The notes below the pieces were generated by a model. It worked only from the letters and a program-made list of their open reading frames with translations, had not been told where the DNA came from and did not search any database. Both the position numbers and the translations under genes were made by a program. Of a stretch of 64,000 bases of DNA, positions 1 to 9,634 are shown piece after piece. Position 1 is the stretch's first letter. Each line of letters begins with the position of its first letter. Origin of the DNA: an uncultured Planctomycetota bacterium (GTDB taxonomy: Bacteria > Planctomycetota > Planctomycetia > Isosphaerales > Isosphaeraceae); contig CAWGMQ010000010.1 of assembly GCA_963823665.1 (NCBI GenBank), forward strand, positions 736,001 to 800,000, read 5' to 3'.

Positions 1-2
1 CG

Positions 3-823
3 AACCGGGGCACTGACTTTCTTATCCTGACACCCCTTCCAGAAGAGCGGGACGCTGTCCTCCGCTGCCTGGGGTCCTACCGTAAGCTACCGCCATCCGA
101 CGAAGACATTCGGGTCTACTACGAGTCGGATCTGGCAGCGATCTTCCCGGATGGATCGAGCACGACCTACCGGGTCGTGGTGACTCCGCTGCTCGGGATG
201 GGGCGGGTCGAAGCGGCGAACGCGACAGGGGACGCCGTCCGCCGCTGGCGGCCGCGTTACGTCCTCCTCGTGGGCATCGCGGGGGGCCTGGCCAAGGCGC
301 TCGTCGGGCTCGGCGACGTCCTCATCTCGGACCAAATCGTTGACTACGAGCTTCAGAAGCTGACAACCGAAACGACGACGATCCGCTGGCAGGTGTATCG
401 AGTCGACCCCCGTATGCTGGGGGCGGCGCAAAACGTGATTGGCGATGAGTGGCAAGAGCTCCTGGAGCACGAGCGACCAGGAGGCCGCGGCAAGCCCAAG
501 CAGCTCTTTGGCCCGATCTGCACCGGCGACAAAGTCATCGCCAACAGCCTGATCGACGAGTATCGCGAGGTGTGGAGCAAGTTAATCGGCGTCGAGATGG
601 AGGCCGGCGGCACAGCGAGCGCGGCGTTCCAGGCGGCCAACTCCCCCGGTTTCTTCATGATTCGCGGCGTGTCTGACCTTGCCGATGGGGCCAAGGACTC
701 GTCTGACGTGTTGAGCTGGCGCCGTACGCCTGCGATGTCGCTGCAGCGTACGCGGTCGCGCTCCTCCGGAGCGGACCAGTCCCGGCGTCTGGAAGACCGG
801 AGGCTACCGCAAACCCTCAGTAA
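3..823 (+). CDS. PNP_UDP_1 / MTA-SAH nucleosidase-family effector domain protein (5' end outside window; one probable indel at ~720)
   Basis: Frame open from nt 3 (DFLILTPLPEERDAVL). Motifs LLVGIAGG, GDVLIS, TGDKVI, GVEMEAGG, IRGVSDLAD. Restoring one C at ~721 gives the typical terminal helix WRPYACDVAAAYAVALL, ending ...ATANPQ* at TAA 821-823. Confidence 0.85.
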
Positions 824-858
824 GCCCACCGGCGGCCGAGGGCTTCACGCCGGTGGGC
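811..858 (+). other. Candidate -1 programmed ribosomal frameshift signal (slippery heptamer plus stimulatory stem-loop)
   Basis: A_AAC_CCT at 811-817 is an X_XXY_YYZ heptamer in the corrected PNP frame. It is followed by the spacer CAGTAA and a perfect stem, GCCCACCGGCG (824-834) / CGCCGGTGGGC (848-858). The -1 frame is open and continuous with ORF 853..3663. Confidence 0.7.
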
Positions 859-3663
859 GAGACACCTTTACCTTGGTCTGCCAGTAAACCTGGACGGAGC
901 CCGGCGCCGCCACCCGTAATTCACCCCGATGAAGGCACCGCCGTTGGTGACGATAGGGCGCAGCCAGCCCCGCTGCTACAAAACCTTCCCCACCAGCGCA
1001 ACCAGAACTTCACCGGCCGTGAAGACTTTCTGGCTCGGATGGCTGAATATTTTGCCACGGCGGACTCGACCGCCCGGAGGCTGGCACTGTGGGGATTGGG
1101 CGGGGTTGGCAAGACCCATATGGCCAACGAATATGCTTACAGACATCAATCGCGGTACCGCCTGATCTGGTGGGTTCGTTCCGAGGATCTGGGCACACTC
1201 TTCGATGACATCGCTGCACTTGCCGTCGCTCTCCAGTTGGCCGGAGCCGGTTTGCCCGAACGTTCGTCAATCGTCGAGGCCGTGCGGAACGCACTCGAGA
1301 TACGCCGCGAATGGCTGTTGATTTTCGACAACGCGGAGGTTCTAGACAACCTTTCCGAGATACTACCACGCCGCGGCGGTCATGTTCTCATCACGTCGCG
1401 CAACCCCAACTGGGGGGAATTAGCGACCGCGCGCCAAGTCCGGCAGTGGGATCGGCCGGAATCGATCGAGTTTCTGCGGAAGCGAACGTCCGACGAGGAT
1501 GACGCCGCCGCCGATGCCTTGGCGGAAGCCCTGGGCGACTTGCCGCTCGCGCTGGCGCAAGCATCTGCTTACATTGACAAAACAGGTACAACATACAAGC
1601 AGTATCTCGAACTTTTCCTCAGTCGTCGCCAAGACCTCTGGGGGAGGGAAGAGAAACCTCTCGGGTACAATGAAACGATCACAACAACCTGGAGTGTGGC
1701 GATCGGCGAAATTCGCCAGTCGAGACCACAAGCCGCTAAACTCCTCGGCATGTTCGCTAGATTCGGCTCCGGCTCGGTCGAAGACTATCGCTCGATCGCC
1801 AGCGATTTCGCAGGTGCTTTGTCTGACTTGATCACCTTCAACGATTCGATCGCGGCCCTCAGGTCCTTCTCGCTCATCGAACGAAACGGAGACCTGGTCT
1901 TTGTCCATCCACTTGTAAGGAAGGTCGTCTCCGACGGATTCGGCGAGAAATTTGACAAGCCGACACATTTGGACATGCCCGGTCCAGGTGAGCAAACGAA
2001 TTTGGCGATTGACACTGCACAGACATCGGGCCTCGATGCCGGCGGGCCCGATCTGGTGAATCGGGGCCGGGAGCCAGAGCCCATCGGTGCGGTCCAGCGG
2101 ACCAGAATGGGCGCGATCGTCACAACCAAGCTGGATTGCCCATATCCGCGGTGCACCTCGAACGGCGCACCGACGTTCAATCGCCTGCCAGGAGGGATCG
2201 GCCAGTGCCGAAGTTGCAATCGGTTGGTCGTGGAGTGTAGGGAGGAGGGCTGCCGGCGCTCAGGCACGTTCAACCGCCCTTTCGTGCGTCACTGCCGGCG
2301 CTGCGGTGAGAGAATCAATCAGACGGCACAGTGGGAGAAGGCTCGCTCCGACGGATGGGACCTTGTACCCCAGTCGGTCTCGCGTCCTGAGGTCATCGCC
2401 GATCTCTCCGGACTGGCGGACAACAGCTCGTCGGGAAGCGTTGCGATCGCGACGGCGATGGTGCGCGGGGCTTTGGCCGTTCACCACGCGGGCCGTTTCC
2501 TGGCCCTGCTCAGGGTCGTGCCGCTTGCGACCGGCAACCCGTTCCTCTGGGAGCTCGACCGCTATCCGTTCCCGGCTTTGCCTGATGGGTCCGATCCCGC
2601 TCCCTATCCGCCGAAGCTTCTTCCCGGCGAGCGGTATCTGGCTTATTCCTGCCCTCAAGGAGTGCTGGTGCTCGACCTCTGGAGTTGCCCAGGACTGTCG
2701 GCGAAGGACCTCGGTCCCCAATACCGGCTCATCCGGTGTCAGCGCCGTTCGCTCGCCGCAGCCCCGATCCCCCTGGATGAATCGCGGATCGGCCTTTTGA
2801 CCAGAGATCGGTCGGGCGACGGGCACTTCCGATGGGCCGTTTGGGATCTCTCGAACAAAGACTTGACCGACGCGGAGTTGTCGTCCCGTCTGGACTCCCG
2901 GGAGACCAAAGATCTCGGGCACCTGTCGTGGATACGCAAGAGCTGTCGAGCTGAGCTAGTTGACGACCGCGTGATCGTCTTCACGACGCCGCGAGCGCAG
3001 AGAATCTGGCGTATCGAAGACGCAATCGCCTCGCGTTTTGACATGCTGCTGACGATCTGGCCAAATCGCGCCACGAAACAGACCGACTCCATCATCCTCA
3101 ACGAGCACCACGACGATTGGGCATCCGTGGGACTGTCCAGCCACGCCTTTCTACTTGAACCAGGCGCCGTGCGGTTCTCGTGTGTTATTTGCGTCGAGCA
3201 AGATGACTCGACCAGCCCGGTACGTATCGAGGAATATGAAGTCGACTTCGACACCTTGCAAGCGAATGCGCCTCAATCGATGGGACATCGTTCGGGAGCC
3301 GTACCTATCGGTTTGGCGCCCAACCCGAACAAGGTCTCGCAAATGTATTTCCGCGTGGGGACCGAAATCTGGTCCCAGACCGACGGGCAGGGTACCAGCA
3401 TTTGCCTCGATGGCCTTCCAAAAGTCGTGGTCAGCCTCCGTCTCAGCGGCCCGCTGGTCACAAGCGTCGGCGAGAACGAAGAAGGGGAACGGTTCATCCA
3501 GATCGATTCGCTACGGCACAGGGGCGGGCATGCCGGCGTTCTCGTCGAGAACAGGCTTCTTTCCGAACCGTTACTCTGGTATCACTGGCTCTTTACGATC
3601 GAGATGGACGCTGAAAACCGTCTGCAGGCATGCCGTCGTATCGTGGCGTTTAACCAAGGCTAA
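853..3663 (+). CDS. NB-ARC/STAND NTPase with winged helix, Cys-rich Zn ribbons and a C-terminal beta-rich domain
   Basis: NLPHQRNQNFTGRE, Walker A GLGGVGKT, Walker B WLLIFDNAE, LITSR, GDLPLAL, VHPLVR. Then CPYPRC, CRSC, CREEGC, CRRCG and a ~450-aa beta-strand-rich tail. Confidence 0.85.
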   Translation: MGETPLPWSASKPGRSPAPPPVIHPDEGTAVGDDRAQPAPLLQNLPHQRNQNFTGREDFLARMAEYFATADSTARRLALWGLGGVGKTHMANEYAYRHQSRYRLIWWVRSEDLGTLFDDIAALAVALQLAGAGLPERSSIVEAVRNALEIRREWLLIFDNAEVLDNLSEILPRRGGHVLITSRNPNWGELATARQVRQWDRPESIEFLRKRTSDEDDAAADALAEALGDLPLALAQASAYIDKTGTTYKQYLELFLSRRQDLWGREEKPLGYNETITTTWSVAIGEIRQSRPQAAKLLGMFARFGSGSVEDYRSIASDFAGALSDLITFNDSIAALRSFSLIERNGDLVFVHPLVRKVVSDGFGEKFDKPTHLDMPGPGEQTNLAIDTAQTSGLDAGGPDLVNRGREPEPIGAVQRTRMGAIVTTKLDCPYPRCTSNGAPTFNRLPGGIGQCRSCNRLVVECREEGCRRSGTFNRPFVRHCRRCGERINQTAQWEKARSDGWDLVPQSVSRPEVIADLSGLADNSSSGSVAIATAMVRGALAVHHAGRFLALLRVVPLATGNPFLWELDRYPFPALPDGSDPAPYPPKLLPGERYLAYSCPQGVLVLDLWSCPGLSAKDLGPQYRLIRCQRRSLAAAPIPLDESRIGLLTRDRSGDGHFRWAVWDLSNKDLTDAELSSRLDSRETKDLGHLSWIRKSCRAELVDDRVIVFTTPRAQRIWRIEDAIASRFDMLLTIWPNRATKQTDSIILNEHHDDWASVGLSSHAFLLEPGAVRFSCVICVEQDDSTSPVRIEEYEVDFDTLQANAPQSMGHRSGAVPIGLAPNPNKVSQMYFRVGTEIWSQTDGQGTSICLDGLPKVVVSLRLSGPLVTSVGENEEGERFIQIDSLRHRGGHAGVLVENRLLSEPLLWYHWLFTIEMDAENRLQACRRIVAFNQG

Positions 3664-3666
3664 GAC

Positions 3667-4047
3667 ATGCCCGCTACCGATCCCAGTCCAATCCGGGAGT
3701 TGCTGAGCAATTTCGCAATCTTCCTTGCGGTCTCGGCGGTCGGCGGGTCTGTCTGGTATTTCGGGCTGTTCCGATGGTTGCTCCGTAAGAAAAACCCGGC
3801 TTGGCCGCTCGACGCCTGGAGGATTGCCTCCTGCGGCGCCTGGCTGACCGTCTGTGCCGCGCTACTCGTGTTCCGGGACCAGTTTTGCAAGGAGCTACTC
3901 ATTCCGCTGCTCACCCGCTTTGGTCTTCACCCCATATTGATATCATGGCTCCCGGTCGTGGTGGTTCTCCCTGTGATCGCGTTGGTCGGCCTGCTGGTGA
4001 TCTGGAACTTTCGCCGGGACGAGAGCAACCGCGCGAGGCCCGCCTGA
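3667..4047 (+). CDS. Small membrane protein (about 3 TM helices)
   Basis: Starts 3 nt after the previous stop; three hydrophobic stretches. Confidence 0.7.
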   Translation: MPATDPSPIRELLSNFAIFLAVSAVGGSVWYFGLFRWLLRKKNPAWPLDAWRIASCGAWLTVCAALLVFRDQFCKELLIPLLTRFGLHPILISWLPVVVVLPVIALVGLLVIWNFRRDESNRARPA

Positions 4048-4150
4048 CCGCCGGTGTCGCCCGCCGGGATTCGGCCCGAAGTGATTGGATCGTGCCATCC
4101 AGGAACTTTTCCTTCTTGCGAGTGGCCGTCCGCGGTAGCGCGAGGAGCAG

Positions 4151-7100
4151 TTGATGAGCGACGTCGAATCGAGGGTCACGTCCACCTCGAGGGGCGTCAT
4201 CCATGGGGATGAGACCCTCACAAAGCCCGTCCCCACAATCTTCATCGCCTTGGGGGGAGCGGTACAGACGTCGTCATGCGGCTGCGCAAGCGGTTCTTCG
4301 ACCGCTTTCACACCGCGGATCCGGGTCACGTCCGGTTTGTGTTTATCGATACCGACACGCAGAAGTCGGTTCCCAAAGGAGAGAATTCGGAGTTGTTCGA
4401 CGAACTCCAGCCCAGTCAGGAGGACCTGGTTTCCGCCCCTATCACCGCGGCTCAATTCCAACGCGTCTTCGCCGACCTGTGCGCAAGATCAACTGCGACC
4501 ACCTCACGTGGCTGAAACCTGAGCTCGAGCGGATCGGTCCCGAGGCTCTGGAGCACGGGGCCGGGACCCATCGGCAGTTTGGCCGCCTGGCGTTCTATCT
4601 CAATCATGTGCCGATCCGTCACACGATCGAGCGGCAGATCGCCGAGTCCCTGCGCTTTGCCGCCCTTAACCCCACCAAAGTCGCGGAGGATCGGATCGAA
4701 GTCGTGATCGTGATGACGCTGGCCGGCGGGACCGGGTCGGGGATGTTCATCGATGTGGCTTATCTGGTCCAGGATATCCTCGATCGGCCCACCTATCGCG
4801 CATGCAGAAGCAAGAGCGTCACCCTGATCGCCTTCCTTCCCGGCCTCTTCGACGCACACAGGGCGCTGTCGCAGCGATTCCGACAGAATGCGTTCGCCGC
4901 GCTCCTGGAACTCGAATACTACGGAACACCTCGCACGGGCGACGATCTGTTGCTGGGAGACGTTCGGCACGGTGCGCGACAGGAGCGTCACTGGACCGGC
5001 TTCATGGCCGACTGGGGCGATGGCAACAGGCGGTTCATCCGCGGCCCCGGCTGGGACACCTGCTTCCTGATCGACAACCGCAACGATCTCGATCCAAACG
5101 CCCCGTTGTCGGATCGCGACGTCTTCCAGATGGCGGCGGACTACCTGTTCCTCGACTTCGAGAACCATGAACTCGCCGTCGCCAAGCGATCGTCTCGCTC
5201 CAATATCGTTCAATTCAAGGACAAGGTCAAGGAGACGTGGGTGCGCCGGCCGGATAGCAGGGAGGCGGCGGGCGGCATCTTCGAGGGCAACTCCGTCTAC
5301 GCCACCCAGAACGGCTGCCGATTCAGCTCATTCGGGCTGGCCGAGATCTACTTCGACCTGGAAAAGCTCTACCAGGTCGCGGCATACCGACTCGCCGCAA
5401 TTCTGGTCCGATCCCGATGGCTCGGCAACGCCGACCAACACCCGGAGAGCCGGTACACGACTTGGATCAACGAACACCTGTTTCAGCCAAGAGACATACT
5501 GGACGAGGAAATTCCCCCTTCATTCCACCCCGAGCGACTGACACGCCAGTTACTGACGACTGCCTCCGGTTGCTGGCTCGACGACATCACGCGGGACATT
5601 GAGTCCTTGAGCAAGATCGAGCCGAAGGAGGGCCTCGATCGGATGCGCCGGCTCCTCGGCGCCCACGTGGAGCTGCTTCACAAGGCGGCCCCCGGAGATA
5701 TTGCGGCCGCCCGCCAGACGATCCAGGACAACCTGGTGCGGTTGAGTGGCGACGCGAAAACGCTGGGCTCGTTGCGCACGCGCCTTCGCGAGCTCGCCGC
5801 CAGGCATTGCGCGCTTCATGGCGTCTCCTCGACTCTGCGCTTGCTCGATGACATTGTCCGCGCTCTCTACGAGATCCGGGAACGCTCTCTCGCCCTGCCG
5901 GCAGGTCCAACCGACCACGATCTCCTGGCACGTCTTGTCGAAGCCCAGATGGTCCCCTGGCCGGTACACGACACCGCCGTGGCAACCGAATTCAGCCGAG
6001 CCCGTGACCTGATAGAAAAAGCGCTTCGACGCCGCTACGACCAGGCCGCCGGGATGGCGATCGACCGCATGCTCCTGGATGTTTGCCGGTACCTCCGTGC
6101 GCCGGCCCAACCCCCTTACCCCGAAGTGACGGTGCATGGCACATTGCATGCCTACTACAGACGGGCGCAAAGTTTCCTGAGAATGCTCGCCGAGCGCCTG
6201 GAAAAACGGTTCAAGTTGACCTACGGCTACGACCATTTCAAGGTGGCCCGCAGGCACTCGCTCGGCCCAAATTGGGATGAAGCCACCTTCGATAAACGGA
6301 TCGATGAGGCACTGGTGCTTCATCCCGAAATCAACAAGTCGGATGACGCGAACGACAAGTTCAGCTTCGACTGGAGCCGGTTCGAGGCTCTGGTCCTGCA
6401 AAACTTACGCAATTTGCACGGCGCCGGGATGGAGGTGGTGAAGGACGTCGATGATCTCATCAGGAACTGTTTCGAGAACGAGCGGGACAACACCGAAGGG
6501 ATCATCCAGGTCGCCGACTGGCTGGCGGACGCCTGCAAGGTCGTCCTCCACGGTGGCAAGGATGCCAGCGGCTTGCCTGCCGGCGGTTTCCAGCTCAGGG
6601 ACGAGGCAGACGGTAACGCCGTCGACCTGCTAGTCCGCCAGGCAGACTGGATGGAGATCCTTGACAGGATGGTCAAGGTGAGCATGCCGTACCTTCAGAC
6701 GACCGACCCGACCCGGATCTCGAACGATTTCTCTCCGGCCTACAGCAATCTCTACAGCCAGAAACAGGGAGAAACCAACACCAGGGTGAGCGAGAGGAAC
6801 GCCGCGCGGGTGTTCGAGAAAGTGCGGGAAATCGTTGCCTCCCGCGCACAGTACAGCGCCAGTTTGGCGCGCGCAATATCGCTCGCCCACTGGAGGCCGA
6901 GAACTCAAGGATCATCCTCGTCCGCGAGATGACCGGGTTTCCCCTCCAGTTCTACGCCCACCTGGACAGCCTGCGCGAGGCTTATGAGACCACCCCGAAC
7001 GTCACGCTCAAGAACGACGAGTGCCACATCAACTTCAAGGTAGCGAGTGAAGACCTCCCCGACATCACCCTGTTGGAGACGGATACCTATGCCCTGATTC

Positions 7101-7792
7101 GTGAGAACGTGTCGGTCGTGATCCGCGCGATCATCCTCCAGGCCATCAACTGGAGGGAGGGGATGCTGAAAGTGGCGGTGCCCGACAAGTATGGTACGGC
7201 AGGGATCGAGGTGCCGCTGGGCTCTCGCCTCCATCGGGCCATCAAGTACGCGTGCGAAAAAGACAGCGTCCGGCAGTATCTCGTCCGGTTCTGGAAGGAA
7301 TGGACAGACCGGGCCTTGCCCCACGACTGGGCGTCTCTGTACGCGTCGGGGCGAATGACTTGGACTGAGTTGAATCCCGAACGCGACATTCGGCAAGACG
7401 ACGTGTCTTCGCCGCTCCGCAATTGCTATGACAACCTCCTCGCACAGGCCAGTAAATGCTTGAAATCCACCGAGGAAGGCCAGCGATGGCTGCAGGATCT
7501 CCAGCCGTACGCCTTCTCGGAGCCGCCCCCCGCGGACCGTCTCGATGGTGCCAACACTCGTCCCCTGGCCGCCAGGTTTGTGCGAAGGTGCTTGAGGCGA
7601 CTCAACGCGGACCTGCCGATCTACCAGGTGATCGCCGACACGGTCCCCATGACGCTGGAGCAGGCCGCGATGGCCCACGATTGCATATGCGCGACGGAAA
7701 GGTTCCCCCTCGCGGTCTTCTGCGATGACGATCTGTTTTGCCCGCAATGTGGCGGACGCGTGAACGAGGAGTCCCAGCCCGCTCGAATTTGA
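4151..7792 (+). CDS. Large tubulin/FtsZ-like (Tubulin_2-type) GTPase with helical extension and C-terminal Zn ribbon; split by 3 probable indels (~4255, ~4482, ~6860)
   Basis: RBS GAGGAG. Reconstructed TIFIALGGSGTDVVMRLR (G-run one base short), FVFIDTD, GAGTHRQFGRLAF, tubulin signature LAGGTGSG, NAFAALLELE. The frame switch at ~6860 joins IILVREMTGFPL. C-terminal CIC...CPQCG. Confidence 0.85.
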
Positions 7793-8035
7793 ATCCGCTG
7801 CGAATGACCTGTCTTTGGCCGTGAGCACCGCCCGCACTTGGTTTCCTGCGATAGATCCATTGACAGGCGTTGAAGCGAGTGCGCAACTTTCCCGTAAACC
7901 GCGTGCCGAACACCTTAATAAGGCGTTTCCCTGCTTAAAAACGAAAGAGGCGCGTTCCGATCGGCCGATAACTGGGGGCGTGGGTGCCGAAGAGGGCAGA
8001 GGGATGCCATCGTGAATTGATCGGAAGGAAGCGCG

Positions 8036-9553
8036 ATGACGGCGGATTCGGCGATTGTCAAAGAGGGTAGCGCTGGGGAGAAGGGGGACGCCGAGAGCGT
8101 CGTCGAGATGCTGCTCCGGGTGGCTGGGAGCGCGCATTATTTCCGTTCGAGCGATGGCGGCGTGCACGCTCGGGTGCGGGTGGGGAACCGGCACGAGACA
8201 TACCGGCTGAAATCGCTGGAATTCACCGACTGGCTGATCGAGAGTTACCGACGTGAGCGGGTCGACCTGCCGCCACCGACTGCGGTTGTGCGCGTTGTGA
8301 GGGCGGTTGAGGCTCGAGCGCGGTTTGATGGTGGCACGCGGTTGTCTTACGTGCGGGTGGGGCGTGGGGGCGACGGCGATGGCGGGGGGACGGAGAGTTA
8401 CATCGACCTGGGTGATTCCAGCGGTCAGGCGGTGAGGATCAGCGCGCGGGAATGGTCGGTGGTGGATCGACCGCCGGTGCATTTTCGTCGGCCACCGGGG
8501 TTGTTATCGCTCCCTTTTCCAGCGCGGGGCGGCTCGATCGAGCTGCTGCGGCGTTATGTCAACGTGACCGAGCCGGATTTTCGACTGTTGATTGGCTGGA
8601 TGGCGGCTGCGCTCTTACCGGACGGACCTTACCCGGTTCTCGTGGTTCATGGGGAGCAGGGATCGGCCAAGACGACGCTGGCGAAGGTGATCGGTTGCTT
8701 GATCGACCCGCAGGCTGCGCCGTTGCTCGCGGAGCCGCGGAGCACGCGTGACCTTATTGTGACCGCAGCAAACGGATGGCTGCTGGTTTATGACAACCTC
8801 AGCGTGGTTCCGAACTGGTTATCGGATGGTCTGTGCCGGCTTGCGACCGGCGGAGGTTTGGCGGGCCGGGCGCTCTGGTCGAACAACGAGCGGAGTGTGC
8901 TGCAAGCCCGACAGCCGACCATCTTGAACGGCATCGACGAATTCGTATGCCGTCAGGATCTGGCCGACCGCTGTCTCTTTGTGTATTTGCCGCCGATCGC
9001 CGGCGCAAACCGGCGAGTCGAGGGCGATCTGTGGCGTGAGTTTCAAGCGGAAGCTCCGGTGATCCTGGGAGGACTGCTGGACGCGATCATGGGCGGGCTG
9101 GCGGTGCTTCCGTCGGTGCGGCCGCCCGAGCTGCCGCGGATGGCGGATTTTGCATGCCTGGGGGAGGCAATCGGGCGCGGGCTGGGCTGGCCGGAGGGGA
9201 CTTTTCTGACGGCCTACAGCGATAACCGCCGCGCCGCGACGGTTGCGTCGCTCGAGGATTCGCTGATTGTCGCCGCATTGTTCGAGAGGGCGCAATGGGG
9301 CGAGCTCGACAACTGGACGTGCTCCGCGAGCGAGATGCTGGAACAGCTCGCCGCACGAGTCTCCCCTAAAGTCAAGGCATCCGTTCGCTGGCCGAAGACG
9401 CCGCGCTCGCTGGCCGATGAGCTGCGCCGGGTTGGCCCGCAGCTTCGGATGCGCGGGATATCCGTGACGTTCACGCGAACGGCCGAGAATCGCCTGATCA
9501 CGATCGATGCGGCCGCGGCGGCAGATTTTTCGAGGGTCCCAGGCCGAAGTTGA
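8036..9553 (+). CDS. P-loop ATPase resembling the helicase/ATPase half of MGE primase-helicases
   Basis: Walker A GEQGSAKTT, LLVYDNLS, LCRLATGG, ILNGI, DLADR, PRMADF. No primase domain recognised. Confidence 0.75.
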   Translation: MTADSAIVKEGSAGEKGDAESVVEMLLRVAGSAHYFRSSDGGVHARVRVGNRHETYRLKSLEFTDWLIESYRRERVDLPPPTAVVRVVRAVEARARFDGGTRLSYVRVGRGGDGDGGGTESYIDLGDSSGQAVRISAREWSVVDRPPVHFRRPPGLLSLPFPARGGSIELLRRYVNVTEPDFRLLIGWMAAALLPDGPYPVLVVHGEQGSAKTTLAKVIGCLIDPQAAPLLAEPRSTRDLIVTAANGWLLVYDNLSVVPNWLSDGLCRLATGGGLAGRALWSNNERSVLQARQPTILNGIDEFVCRQDLADRCLFVYLPPIAGANRRVEGDLWREFQAEAPVILGGLLDAIMGGLAVLPSVRPPELPRMADFACLGEAIGRGLGWPEGTFLTAYSDNRRAATVASLEDSLIVAALFERAQWGELDNWTCSASEMLEQLAARVSPKVKASVRWPKTPRSLADELRRVGPQLRMRGISVTFTRTAENRLITIDAAAAADFSRVPGRS

Positions 9554-9634
9554 GCGGGCCCGGCGTTCGGGCATGAGGCTCAGGCAGATCGAGCGAGAGT
9601 GTAGACGACGAGCTCCGACAAGCAGGAGGACTCG

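Noticed and set aside
4151..7792. Calling the tubulin-like gene ftsZ
   Set aside because: It is about 1200 aa, has Tubulin_2-type motifs and lacks any division-cluster context.
6905..8482. 525-aa minus-strand ORF, and similar long antisense ORFs (e.g. 8819-9895, 46510-47571)
   Set aside because: These are shadow ORFs of GC-rich coding strands, with no recognisable motifs.
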